Shown in pieces: positions 10,151-20,184 of a stretch of 64,000 nt of DNA. Below the pieces are notes generated by a model. That model was given only the letters and a program-made list of their open reading frames with translations. It did not search any database and was not told where the DNA came from. The position numbers and the translations under genes were made by a program. Source of the DNA: an uncultured Thermoleophilia bacterium (lineage in GTDB: Bacteria; Actinomycetota; Thermoleophilia; UBA2241); contig CAVPCT010000003.1 of NCBI GenBank assembly GCA_963702475.1, positions 320,001 to 384,000 of the forward strand. Direction: 5' to 3'. Position 1 is the first letter of the stretch, and the number at the start of each line of letters is the position of its first letter.

Positions 10151-10849
10151 GTGGCGGACACACCGGCCACACGAGGGGCGAAGAGCAAGAGTCGCCTGGA
10201 GGCGTTCAGCGACGGCGTCTTCGCCATCGCCATCACCCTGCTCGTGCTCGAGATCGCCGTCCCGGTGGCCGCAGGCGGCCACCTGTTCTCGGAGCTCCTG
10301 CACGAGCGCACGGTGTACATCGGGTACTTCATCGCGTTCATGAGCATCGGCGCGGTGTGGATCGAGCACAGCGCTCTCACCGAGGCCCTCGAGCGCGTGG
10401 ACGCCGGATTCCTGCGTCTGAACCTGCTGCTGTTGCTGCTCGTGTCCTTCCTGCCGTTCCCGGCCAGGGTGATGGAGGAGTACCTGACGCTGACCGACAC
10501 CGAGGTCGGTGGCGAGCGGACGGCCGTGGCGTTCTTCGGGCTCGTCCTCGTCCTCATGAGCCTGATGCTCATCGTCCTGGGACGCTACGCCGAGCGCGAA
10601 GGGCTCTTCGGTGGTGACCTGGCCGAGGAGCGCCGCGAGGACAACCGCCTGCGCTATCAGCTCGGTCCCGCCCTCATCGCCTACATCGCCGCCACCGCGC
10701 TCGGGCTCGTCCAGCCGTACATCGGCGTGACGCTCTACTTCCTGATCGGCGTCTACCTGCTCCTGCCGGTCCGCACCATCAAGCGGCTCCTCGGACGGGG
10801 CGGCAAGGATGCGCAGGCCGGCGACTCGACAACCGATGGGAGTGACTGA
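10151..10849 (+). CDS. TMEM175 family K+ channel (DUF1211)
   Basis: RLEAFSDGVFAIAITLLVLEI signature. Confidence 0.92.
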   Translation: MADTPATRGAKSKSRLEAFSDGVFAIAITLLVLEIAVPVAAGGHLFSELLHERTVYIGYFIAFMSIGAVWIEHSALTEALERVDAGFLRLNLLLLLLVSFLPFPARVMEEYLTLTDTEVGGERTAVAFFGLVLVLMSLMLIVLGRYAEREGLFGGDLAEERREDNRLRYQLGPALIAYIAATALGLVQPYIGVTLYFLIGVYLLLPVRTIKRLLGRGGKDAQAGDSTTDGSD

Positions 10850-11646
10850 TGGCCACCACACCGAATGCAGCAGGCCCGGCGCTCGACGCCGAGCAACTGG
10901 TCGAGCTCCTCAGGCTCGTCAAGGGGTCGAAGAGCGTAGAGCTCAAGCTCACCATACCGGCCGAGCACCACCGTGCCACCGTCGAGGCTCTGAGCATCGA
11001 CCCCCTCGACGGCCAGATGCGGCTGGTGACGTTCTTCGACACGCCCGATCTGACGCTGAACCGCGCCGGCGTCGTGGTGCGGTGCCGGCGCATCCAGGGC
11101 GGCAAGGCCGACTCGGTCGTCAAGCTGCGCCCGGTCGTGCCGGACGACTTGCCGGCGAAGCTCCGCGCGCTGCCGTCGTTCGGCATCGAGGTGGACGCCA
11201 TGCCCGGCGGCTTCGTGTGCTCGGCCTCGTACAAGGCCGAAGCCGACCCCGGCCAGACGAAGCTCGCCAGCCTCGGACAGGCGCCGGTGCACAAGGCCTT
11301 CAGCAAGGAGCAACGGGCCTTCTTCAAGGAGCACGCCCCTGAGGGCCTCGGCCTGGACGATCTCAGCGTGCTGGGTCCGGTCTTTGTGATCAAGGTGCCG
11401 TTCACACCCGCAGAGCTCGCGCACAAGCTGGTCGCCGAGCTGTGGCTGTTCCCGGACGGCGCCCGCATCCTCGAGCTCTCCACGAAGAGCACGCCGCAGG
11501 ACCTCGCGGACGTCCTCGCCTCCGTCCACGACCACCTGGTGTCCAAGGGCGTGGACCGTCACGGCGACCAGCAGACCAAGACGAAGCACGCCCTGGAGTT
11601 CTTCACGAAGGCTCTGGAGGCTCACCGGGAGAACGCGGGCGACTGA
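10849..11646 (+). CDS. CYTH-like (triphosphate tunnel) protein
   Basis: SVELKL (ExExK-like), FFDTPDLTL, VVRCRR, VVKLRP, ILELSTK and QQTKT. Confidence 0.7.
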   Translation: MATTPNAAGPALDAEQLVELLRLVKGSKSVELKLTIPAEHHRATVEALSIDPLDGQMRLVTFFDTPDLTLNRAGVVVRCRRIQGGKADSVVKLRPVVPDDLPAKLRALPSFGIEVDAMPGGFVCSASYKAEADPGQTKLASLGQAPVHKAFSKEQRAFFKEHAPEGLGLDDLSVLGPVFVIKVPFTPAELAHKLVAELWLFPDGARILELSTKSTPQDLADVLASVHDHLVSKGVDRHGDQQTKTKHALEFFTKALEAHRENAGD

Positions 11647-11685
11647 GCGACGCAGCTGACTCGAGTAAGGCCCACCCCTCTCGCT

Positions 11686-12408
11686 TCAGGCCTGCTCCTT
11701 GGGACGACGGCGCCCTCCCGTGACCAGGATGTACACGCTGATCACCGTCACCCAGGCCGGCAGGAGCAGCACGATCGGTTCGAAGAAGCTCACGCTCAAG
11801 AGAAGCACCGCTGCGATCAAGAAACCGCTCAGTGAGATCCAGCGAGACCAGCGGGCGCGCCGGGCGATCGTCGACGTCGCGAGCATGAAGACGCCTGCCA
11901 CCTTGGCCGAATACACGAACAGGAACGAGTAGCCGACCGATCGCGCGAAGCCGACCGTCGCGACATCGGTCGGCGCCGCAAGCCCGAAGCGGTTGCCGGC
12001 GATGAGCCCACCCAGCACCGCGCCGCCGGCGAACAGCATGGCGACGAAGATCAGGCCGCTGCCCAGGAAGACCGTGGCGAAGAACCTGTCCTCACGGTCG
12101 CCGATGCGGTCGCGGATGACGCCGATGAACCACAGGAAGGCGATCCCCGCGAACGGCAGCATGTAGAGACCGACCAGGGCCGCATCGGAGCTCGAGCCAC
12201 TCAGGTTGGCCATCACCTGCTCCGTGTCGAGCGCGATGCCCACGACCTTGGACAGCAGGTAGAGCGCGACGACGAAGAGGACGGCGAAGATGATCCCTGC
12301 TACGCCGGCCGCGCGCGGCGTCGTCAGTCCCCGCTCGGCTGCGCTCGCGAACCGGGGCGGTCTATCGTCGGTCGGTCTCGAAGTAGCCACACTTCCTCCA
12401 GAAGTCAC
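11686..12408 (-). CDS. Hypothetical integral membrane protein
   Basis: TTPRAAGVAG, PFAGIAFLWFIGVIRDRIGDREDRFFATVFLGSG; exact start uncertain. Confidence 0.8.
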   Translation of the reverse strand: MTSGGSVATSRPTDDRPPRFASAAERGLTTPRAAGVAGIIFAVLFVVALYLLSKVVGIALDTEQVMANLSGSSSDAALVGLYMLPFAGIAFLWFIGVIRDRIGDREDRFFATVFLGSGLIFVAMLFAGGAVLGGLIAGNRFGLAAPTDVATVGFARSVGYSFLFVYSAKVAGVFMLATSTIARRARWSRWISLSGFLIAAVLLLSVSFFEPIVLLLPAWVTVISVYILVTGGRRRPKEQA

Positions 12409-14073
12409 TCAGTCGGCCTTGCGCGCCTTCAACCGCAGCCGCGCCGCTTCGTATGCTTCCTCCGTAGAGCGGTAGACGAGACTCCGCGCAGGGAAGATGT
12501 TGTCGCGCCCCAGCAGCTCCGCGAGACCGGTGCGCTCGAGCTGATCGCCCATGCGCTCGCCGACTCCGGCCAGCAGCAGGGCGCCGCCGCCGGCCTGGAG
12601 CTGCTCGGCCCACTTGCGCAGCAGCCCGATCGCGCTGCTGCCGAGCTCGCCACGCCCGCGCAGACGTACCACGAGCGCGGCGCCTCGCGTGCCGCGTACC
12701 TCCGGAAGCTTGGCGTCGATGGCCTCGGTGTCCGCGTAGAACACGCTGCCGTAGATGTCGATGATGGTGACGTCATCGTCGGGCAGGCGCTCGGGCGGGT
12801 CTTCTTCGCTGAAGCGGCCCTCGCCGGCTCGCCTGAGCCTGCGGACCTTGATGTCCAGCGAGGAGCTGGAGACGTGCTGGATGGTCGAGAGCACCACGCC
12901 GATCAGCACCGCGTACTGGAGCGGGACAGCGAGGGTGAGCGCGAGCGTGAACAGCATGATGATCCTCGCCGCCCAGTTGGTGCGCCAGACCTCCAGGAAG
13001 GCCGCGGGCTTGAGCGACGCCGCCGCGGCGACGATGAGCAGGGCGGCGACGGTGGGAAGCGGCACCTTCTCGACGTAGCTGCCGAAGAGCAGGAGGACGA
13101 CCGCGACGAGCACCCCGGCGTAGACGTTCGCCCAGCGAGAGCGTGCGCCGGAGCTCACATTGAGCGCCGAGGACGAGACCGACCCGCCCATGGGCATGCC
13201 GCTGAAGAAGCTCATCACGCCGTTCGCGGCGCCTTGGGCCACGAAGTCCCGCGAGGAGTCGCCGTAGGTGCCGCCGGGGTTGGGCACGCTCTTGCTGACC
13301 CCGGCGCCCTGCACAAGGCCGATCACAGCGATGGCGACCGCCGGCACGATGAGCCCGGGCGCGTACGAGAGGTCGGGCATCTGGAACTGCGGCAGGCTCG
13401 ACGGGATCGAGGCGATGTCCTCGACAAGAGCCACGGACGCCGGACAGATCACGGCGGTCGCGACCGTGGCGGCGGCGAAGGCGATGACCATCGAGAACTT
13501 GACCACCGCCGTGCGGTTGAGCACCAGGATGAGCACGATGGTGGCGAGCCCTACCGCGAACGTCGGCCAGTCGATCTCGCCCATGTGGAACAGCAGATCG
13601 ACCGTCTTGGCGACCTTGTTCGAGTACTCGCTGCTGTAGCCGGTGAGGTCGCCGAGTTGCCCCAGGATGATGAGGATACAGACTCCCGTGATGAAGCCGA
13701 CCATGACGCTGTTGGAGACGAACTTCGTGATCCAGCCGAGCCTGGCGAGGCCTAGCGCCAGCTGGATCGCGCCGACCAGCAGCGTGAGGACCAGAAGCAT
13801 GGCGACGCGCTCGCCGCTGTCGTGCCCGCCCATCGCGTCCGCGACTGCCAGTGAGATCGCGCCGGTCGTCGTCACCGTCATGAACACCGACCCGGCGAAG
13901 AGCGCTCCGACGGGCGTGCCGATGATGAGGGTGTTGAGGCCGTTGACCGGCTTCGCCAGGGCCAGGATGGCCGAGGCCATCGCGTCCGGGATCTGTACCA
14001 GCCCGTTGGTGAGTCCCGCGGCCAGGTCGCCGCGCAGGTCTTTCCTTTTCGGGAGGTCGAGACGCACTTTCAT
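12409..14073 (-). CDS. SulP/SLC26 anion transporter with STAS domain
   Basis: DLAAGL, FVSNSVMVGFITG, QGAAN...GGSVSSS; C-terminal STAS domain (IYGSVFYA). Confidence 0.9.
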   Translation of the reverse strand: MKVRLDLPKRKDLRGDLAAGLTNGLVQIPDAMASAILALAKPVNGLNTLIIGTPVGALFAGSVFMTVTTTGAISLAVADAMGGHDSGERVAMLLVLTLLVGAIQLALGLARLGWITKFVSNSVMVGFITGVCILIILGQLGDLTGYSSEYSNKVAKTVDLLFHMGEIDWPTFAVGLATIVLILVLNRTAVVKFSMVIAFAAATVATAVICPASVALVEDIASIPSSLPQFQMPDLSYAPGLIVPAVAIAVIGLVQGAGVSKSVPNPGGTYGDSSRDFVAQGAANGVMSFFSGMPMGGSVSSSALNVSSGARSRWANVYAGVLVAVVLLLFGSYVEKVPLPTVAALLIVAAAASLKPAAFLEVWRTNWAARIIMLFTLALTLAVPLQYAVLIGVVLSTIQHVSSSSLDIKVRRLRRAGEGRFSEEDPPERLPDDDVTIIDIYGSVFYADTEAIDAKLPEVRGTRGAALVVRLRGRGELGSSAIGLLRKWAEQLQAGGGALLLAGVGERMGDQLERTGLAELLGRDNIFPARSLVYRSTEEAYEAARLRLKARKAD

Positions 14074-14074
14074 C

Positions 14075-15383
14075 TCAGCCCCGAGGTCCGCCGGCGCGCA
14101 ACCGCTCGAGATCGGCGGCCGTCAGGTGGCGACGCTGGCGCGGCACCGTCGCCGCCACCGCTTCCTCCGCCGACGGGTGGTCCTCGGCGTGGCCCTCGTA
14201 CCAGCGATGGTACGCCGCCACCAGCGGCACCGATGTCAGGCCGTGGAGCAGCACGCTCAGCGCCACCGTGACGATCACGGTCGTGAGCAGGGTCTCCTCC
14301 TCCGGCACGCCCCGCTCCAGCACGAGAAGCGCGAACACCACACTGGCGAGTCCCCGGGGCCCGAACCAGCCGATGAAGGCGAGCGTCGGGAGGCGGAGGC
14401 CCTGGCGGGCCATGGCGATGGCCACGGGAAGCATGCGGACGAGGGTGAGGCTGAGCACGGCGTACAGGACGACCCGCCACGTGATGTGCGGGAGGGCAAA
14501 GGTCAGTGCCAGCGCTCCGAACCCGATCCAGGTGAAGGCCGCGAGCAGGCCGCCGGTCTCTTCCGTGAACACGGTGATGGCGGAGCCGCGCTGCCCGGAC
14601 ATCGCCCCGAAGGCGAGGCCGCCGACGAACGCGGCGATGAAGCCGCTGCCGCCGAGCGTCACGGCGAGAGCATAGGCGAGCAGGGCGATGGCCAGCGGGA
14701 TGATCTGCCGCCACTCGCCCTCGATCCAGCCGCGCCGATCGGCGGTGCGAAACAGCAGCGCGCCGACGATGCCGGCGGCGAGGCCGGCGCCGAGGCCCCA
14801 GCCGAGCTGCTCCGCCGCGTTCCTGATGACCGCCCAGGTGACCCCTGTGGTGAGCTCTGCGTTGGCCAGGTCGAGCGCCACCAGGAAGAAGGGCACGGCG
14901 ATGCCGTCGTTGAGTCCGCCCTCCACATCGAGCGCCTGGCGGACGCGGGCCGGCACCGAGGCGTCGGTCACGACCTTCTGGCCGAGCGCTGCGTCGGTAG
15001 GGCAGAGGATCGTCGAGAGCAGGAACACGGAGGCCAGCGCCATGCCCGGGAACACCAGCACCCCGATGCCGGTCCCGGCGAGCAGCGTCAAAGGGAGGCC
15101 GATGAGGAGCAGGCGGCTCGGCCAGCCGAGCTCGTGGCGCAGCGCGCGCAGGTCGAGCCGCGAGGCGTCGCTGAAGAGGAGCAGGACCAGCGCTACCTCC
15201 GTGACCGTCTCGACCGCTGTATCCTCGGCCGAGACGTCCAGCAGGCCGAGGACCTTGGCCCCGACGAGGAAACCCGCCACGGTGAAGACGATGGCCGAGG
15301 TAGATCCCGCGCCGGTCGAGCGGCTTCGAGACGACACCCCAGATGACGATGATGGCGACGATCGTCGCGAGGCCGATCATCAC
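14075..15383 (-). CDS. NhaP/CPA1 cation:proton antiporter, one frameshift near 15300
   Basis: LLFSDASRLD, PTDAALG, VEGGLNDG and GWFGPRGLAS. Confidence 0.88.
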
Positions 15384-16582
15384 TCCTCCTGCGTGGGCGA
15401 AGCGGCCGAGCCGAGTGCCAGGCTCGCCGGCTGTCCCGGCTCGACCGCCGCCGCCACCTCATCCGAGAAGACGCCCGCCGCCCGCAGGCGCGCGACGGCG
15501 TCGATGGCGATCTTCAGGAACGGTGCCGCGAACACGCCGCCGATGGCTCCGAACAGCAGGCTGCCGGCCGTGGTCGCGAAGAGTATGACCAGGGGGTGCA
15601 GCTTGAGCGCCGACCCCAGGGCGAACTGCGAGACCAAGGTCTGCAGGTAGCCGTTCGAGATGATCACGATGATCAGCATGGGGATCGCCATGGCCGGCCC
15701 CCCGGCGCCGAGGGCGATGAGCACGGCGAAGGCGCCGCTGATGATTGCGCCGAAGAACGGGATGTAGTTGGTGAACCAGCCGACGATGCCGATGGTCGCC
15801 GCCAGCGGCACGCCGATGATGAGCGCGCCGACGAACATCACGCCGCCGTTGAACAGGCCGGTCAGCGTGCTCCCCCAGATGTAGCCGCGGAAGAAGCGCG
15901 CGCTGTTGGCGAGGATCGCATAGCCCACGGGCTGCGGGACCGAGCCCATGTGCCGCGACGCCCAGGCGCCGATCTGACGACCCTGGATGAGGACCCAGAC
16001 GAGGATGTTGAGGCTGATGAAGATGCCGAACAGAAGGGTGCCGAGACCGCTGATCGCGCTGGCAAGCGTGCCGGCCACCCCGCCCGCGGCGTTCTTGAGC
16101 AGATCCTGCAGGCCCGCCTTCAGTGAGTCGACCGTCGACGCGGGCACACTCGTCGCGCTCAGTGCCTTCTGCAGCTGCGCGACGGCCTCGTCGAGGCGCT
16201 GCTGGATCTCGGGCACCTGGTTCACCACGCTGTAGGTGATGATCAGCGCGATGCCGACCGCAAGGGCGACGAGGCCGACGACGACGAGGAGTGCGCCGAG
16301 CCACCGCGGGAAGTGGTGCTTGTGGAGCCAGTCGACCACCGGCAGGAACGTGCCGCCCAGCAGCACGGCGAAGAGGGCCGAGATCACGAGCACGCTCGTC
16401 GCGGCCAGGAGGGCCATGAGTGCGACGAGCAGGATGAGGACGCCGATGCCGATCCAGCTCCAGCGGCCCGCGTCACCCGCCCAGCGGGGCACCGCGAAGG
16501 ACCTGCCCGGCGCGGCGCGGTCCGTCTCGTCGCCGGGCGCGATGGGCGCGGCCTCGCCGGTCTGTCGCGAGCGGCCGGCCAT
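15380..16582 (-). CDS. AI-2E (PerM/TqsA) family transporter
   Basis: NYIPFFGAII and LKLHPLVILF...GGVFAAP motifs; ATG start inferred. Confidence 0.85.
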   Translation of the reverse strand: MAGRSRQTGEAAPIAPGDETDRAAPGRSFAVPRWAGDAGRWSWIGIGVLILLVALMALLAATSVLVISALFAVLLGGTFLPVVDWLHKHHFPRWLGALLVVVGLVALAVGIALIITYSVVNQVPEIQQRLDEAVAQLQKALSATSVPASTVDSLKAGLQDLLKNAAGGVAGTLASAISGLGTLLFGIFISLNILVWVLIQGRQIGAWASRHMGSVPQPVGYAILANSARFFRGYIWGSTLTGLFNGGVMFVGALIIGVPLAATIGIVGWFTNYIPFFGAIISGAFAVLIALGAGGPAMAIPMLIIVIISNGYLQTLVSQFALGSALKLHPLVILFATTAGSLLFGAIGGVFAAPFLKIAIDAVARLRAAGVFSDEVAAAVEPGQPASLALGSAASPTQEE

Positions 16583-16779
16583 CAGGCCCGCCCCAGGTCG
16601 GCCGGACGAGGCGACGCGCCGCCTGGCCTCTGGCGGATCCGCGCGCAGATGTCGCCCGCGCGATGGCGGAGGTGGCGGTTCAGCAACAGCACTCCATTCG
16701 TGTCGAACGCCGCGGGGACAGAGGGACTCTCCGGCCTCCAGGCGTCGGCCTAAGGACGCCGCGGAGGCCGTTCTTCGCA

Positions 16780-16814
16780 GAGGCGGGGCCTGCCGGCTTG
16801 GCAGGCCCCGCCTC
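16780..16814 (-). terminator. Hairpin terminator downstream of arylsulfatase
   Basis: GAGGCGGGGCCTGCC-GGCTT-GGCAGGCCCCGCCTC perfect 15-bp stem. Confidence 0.7.
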
Positions 16815-16836
16815 GCTCCGATATGTTGCCCGTGAC

Positions 16837-19191
16837 CTACTGCCGCGCCATGTGCATGCGCAGCTCGGCCTCGGGGTCGTGGATCAGCTCGCCGCTCACG
16901 TCCACGGTCACCTCGTGCAGCGTCCCGGTGAACTTGAAGGGGCTGGGGTAGTCCGGTGTGACCGGGGAGCCCGGGTTGGCACCGCACGTCAGGGCGCCCG
17001 GGTTGAGCATGAACGGCGTCGTCGTCGGCGCCTCCGCGTTGGCGACCAGGGCGCCGTCGACGTAGAGCTGCAGTCGTCCTGGAGCGCCCTTACCGTGCTG
17101 CAGGTCAGGCTCGCCCGTCGGCTCGAACTCGAAGCGCAGCTCGTGCTTGCCGGCCGGCACGTCCGCCTCCGTCGTCACCGAGTAGAGGGCGCGGCCCACC
17201 CAGTTGTGGACGTAGTGGAGCTTGCGGTCCTTCATGTACAGCGAGTAACCGCCTGCGGCACAGCCCTGACAGAGCAGCACGCCCTCGGCGCCCTCCTCCG
17301 GGATCTCGACGCTTGCCGTGATGCTGTGCGGCCGGTTCATGACGCGCGGTGCCGCGAAGAACGGCACCGACTGCGTCCCGGCCCGGTAGGTGTAGCTCTC
17401 CCGGGGCACGGCCACCAGAGGCTTCTCGGAGATCATCCGGGCGAGGCCGCTGCCGTCGACCGGCATGACGTCGTACTTGCCGGCCTCCACGTACCAGGTG
17501 GCGATGAGCGCGATCAGCTTGTCGCGGTTCTCCTCGGCGAGGTCGTGGTTCTCGGCGAAGTCCTCGTCGGTGTGGTAGAGCTCCCAGCCGTGCGCATCGA
17601 GTTCCGCGAGCTTCTCCGACGAGATCGGCTGGCCGAAGCCGACGCCGGCCTCGGTGAACGACGGGCCCGGCCAGGGGCAGACCGCTCGCCAGCCGTCGTG
17701 GTAGATGGCGCGGTGGCCGAGCATCTCGAAGTACTGCGTGTGGTGCTTGCTCGCGGCGCTGCCGTCGTCGAGCGCGTGCGCGAAGCTCACGCCCTGGATG
17801 GGCGACTGCGTGACGCCTCTGATGGCCGCCGGCGGCTCCAGGTCGAGCAGGTCGAGCACGGTCGGCACCATGTCGATGATGTGCGCGTACTGGGTCCGGA
17901 CCTCGCCCCTGGCCTTGACGCCGGCCGGCCAGGAGACGATGAACGGGTCGCAGGCGCCGCCGCGGTAGGTCTCCCGCTTCCAGCGCCGGAAGGGCGTGTT
18001 GCCCGCGTTGGTCCAGCCCCAGGGGTAGTGGTTGAAGTGCTTGGGGCCGCCGATCTCGTCGAGGACCGCGAGGCTCTCCTCGAGTGGCTCCTGCGCGTTG
18101 TTGAAGAACTGCGCCTCGTTGGTGGTCCCGGTGGGGCCGCCCTCCGCGCTGGCGCCGTTGTCGGAGATCACCATGACGATGGTGTTCTCGAGCAGCCCCT
18201 CGGCGCGCAGGTAGTCGAGCAGCCGCCCGAGGTGGTGGTCGGTGTGGCTGAGGAAGCCGGCGAACACCTCCATCATGCGGCTGGAGAGCTTGCGCGCCTC
18301 GGCGGGCAGCGAGTCCCAGTCGGGCACGTCGGGGTCGTGGCGCGAGAGCTCCGTGTTTGCCGGGACGATCCCCAGCTCCTTCTGCCGCGCGAGGGTCTTC
18401 TCGCGGTACGCCTGCCAGCCGTCGTCGAACTGGCCGGCGTACTTGTCGGCCCACTCCTTGGGCACGTGGTGCGGCGCGTGCGTGGCGCCGAAGCAGAGGT
18501 GCAGGTAGAAGGGCTTGTCGGGGTCGATCTGGCGCGCGTCGGCGATGAACTCGATCGACTTGTCGACGAGGTCCGGTGTCAGGTGGTAGCCCTCCTCGGG
18601 CGTCGCCGGCGGCTCCACCTGGTGGTTGTCGTAGACCAGGTCGGGATACCACTGGCTCGTGTCGCCGCCGAGGAAGCCGTAGAAGCGCTCGAAGCCGCGC
18701 GCCAGCGGCCAACGGTCGTAGGGACCGGCCGCGGTCTCCTGGTTGCTCGGAGTGAGGTGCCATTTGCCGACCATGTAGGTGTTGTAGCCGTGCTCGAGCA
18801 GCATCTCGGAGAGCATCCCGTTCTCGAACGGCATGACGCCGTTATAGCCGGGATAGCCAGTGGCGAACTCGGTGATGCAGGCCATGCCGTTGCTGTGGTG
18901 GTTGCGCCCGGTGACGACGCAGGCGCGGCTCGGCGAGCAGAGCGCCGTGGTGTGCATGTTGTTGAAGCGCAGGCCGTCGGCGGCGAGCGCGTCGAAGTTC
19001 GGCGTCTCTATCGGGCTGCCGTAGCAGCCCAGGTTGCCGAAACCGGTGTCGTCGAGGACGACGAAGAGCACGTTGGGGGTGGCCTTCTTGGCCCGCACCG
19101 GCGCCGGCCACGCTTCGCTCGACTCGTCGGTGGTGCGGCCGATCACGCCGGGGAAGGCCGCACCTTTCGGATACTCGACTATCGCCATCAT
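16837..19191 (-). CDS. Arylsulfatase (AtsA-like, Cys-type formylglycine sulfatase)
   Basis: VLDDTGFG, LCSPSR (CxPxR), GKWHL, ATHAPHH, SDNGAS and YHDGWRA. Confidence 0.93.
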   Translation of the reverse strand: MMAIVEYPKGAAFPGVIGRTTDESSEAWPAPVRAKKATPNVLFVVLDDTGFGNLGCYGSPIETPNFDALAADGLRFNNMHTTALCSPSRACVVTGRNHHSNGMACITEFATGYPGYNGVMPFENGMLSEMLLEHGYNTYMVGKWHLTPSNQETAAGPYDRWPLARGFERFYGFLGGDTSQWYPDLVYDNHQVEPPATPEEGYHLTPDLVDKSIEFIADARQIDPDKPFYLHLCFGATHAPHHVPKEWADKYAGQFDDGWQAYREKTLARQKELGIVPANTELSRHDPDVPDWDSLPAEARKLSSRMMEVFAGFLSHTDHHLGRLLDYLRAEGLLENTIVMVISDNGASAEGGPTGTTNEAQFFNNAQEPLEESLAVLDEIGGPKHFNHYPWGWTNAGNTPFRRWKRETYRGGACDPFIVSWPAGVKARGEVRTQYAHIIDMVPTVLDLLDLEPPAAIRGVTQSPIQGVSFAHALDDGSAASKHHTQYFEMLGHRAIYHDGWRAVCPWPGPSFTEAGVGFGQPISSEKLAELDAHGWELYHTDEDFAENHDLAEENRDKLIALIATWYVEAGKYDVMPVDGSGLARMISEKPLVAVPRESYTYRAGTQSVPFFAAPRVMNRPHSITASVEIPEEGAEGVLLCQGCAAGGYSLYMKDRKLHYVHNWVGRALYSVTTEADVPAGKHELRFEFEPTGEPDLQHGKGAPGRLQLYVDGALVANAEAPTTTPFMLNPGALTCGANPGSPVTPDYPSPFKFTGTLHEVTVDVSGELIHDPEAELRMHMARQ

Positions 19192-19323
19192 GACCTCCGT
19201 GGGGCGGTGGACCGAGACAGGTGTGCGTGAGTGCGCGAGGTGACTCCGGGTCTGCGACGGCAAGCCCTCCGCTGCCGAAAGCCTTCATCCCGGGAGGGGG
19301 CCGCTCGAGTTGTCTGCGCTGCA

Positions 19324-19341
19324 TCTTACCGATGGGTAAGA
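19324..19341. promoter_or_regulatory. Putative TetR operator
   Basis: TCTTACC-GATG-GGTAAGA perfect inverted repeat between the divergent arylsulfatase and tetR genes. Confidence 0.65.
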
Positions 19342-19408
19342 AAGATGCAAGTGCTGGCCTCGGTAGCTTCCCAAGGTGATTGAATGGCAGCGGAACAAGG
19401 AGGCTCTG

Positions 19409-20056
19409 ATGACCGACGAGCGCCCGGTCAAGCGGCGGCGCGGCCGCGAAGCGACCACCGCCGCGATCCTGGACGCAGCGCAGGAGCTGTTCGCCGCTCA
19501 CGGCTACCATGCCGTAGCCGTCCGGGACATCGCGGAGCGGGCCGAAGTCACGCATGCGCTGGTGCACCAGTACGTCGGCAGCAAGGCCGACGTCTTCCGC
19601 GCCGTCCTGGCCCGCAGCGAGGGCCTCATCGTGTCAGCCGCGCCCGACAACCCCGACCTGCTCGAGTCCGCCGGCCTCATGCTGCGGACGGCGCTCGGCG
19701 ACGCCGGCCAGGCCCACCTCCGTCTCATCGTCCGCTCGGCGCTGAACGGCCTCAGCTACGAGCGATCCATCGGCCAGTTCGACGCCACCGAGCGGCTCGT
19801 CGGGCTCGCCGAGCTGGCTTCGACGTCGGCACCTGCCGCGGAGCGCACGGAGAAGGATCTCGACCCGCGCCTCGTGATCGGCTGCTTCGTGAGCCTGCTT
19901 CTCGGCTGGACGGCCGCCGGGTCGTGGATCCGGCCGGCCCTGGGGCTCCAGGACATGGACGACGCCGAGCTGATCGGCGGCGTCGAGCGAATCCTCCTGG
20001 GCCTGCTGAGCAGCAACCTGGCGGGTGTCGGACGCGACGACGGGCCTGGTGCCTGA
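19409..20056 (+). CDS. TetR/AcrR family transcriptional regulator
   Basis: ILDAAQELFAAHGY...VRDIAERAEVTHALVHQYVGSK HTH; AAGGAGG RBS. Confidence 0.9.
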   Translation: MTDERPVKRRRGREATTAAILDAAQELFAAHGYHAVAVRDIAERAEVTHALVHQYVGSKADVFRAVLARSEGLIVSAAPDNPDLLESAGLMLRTALGDAGQAHLRLIVRSALNGLSYERSIGQFDATERLVGLAELASTSAPAAERTEKDLDPRLVIGCFVSLLLGWTAAGSWIRPALGLQDMDDAELIGGVERILLGLLSSNLAGVGRDDGPGA

Positions 20057-20184
20057 ACAACACGTCTGGCGTCCAGGTCCACGGCGCGCCCACGGCAAGG
20101 ATGCGTTCTCAGGCTCACGTTGCTCCGCGGTGAACGATAGTGGAGCATGCGCCATGGAAGGGGACCGTTCGAGGAGGGGACCGC

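Noticed and set aside
16663-19230. Long antisense ORFs (855 aa here; likewise 22025..23914, 29592..31487, 37835..39502, 44498..46981)
   Set aside because: Shadow ORFs opposite well-supported genes, expected from high-GC codon bias
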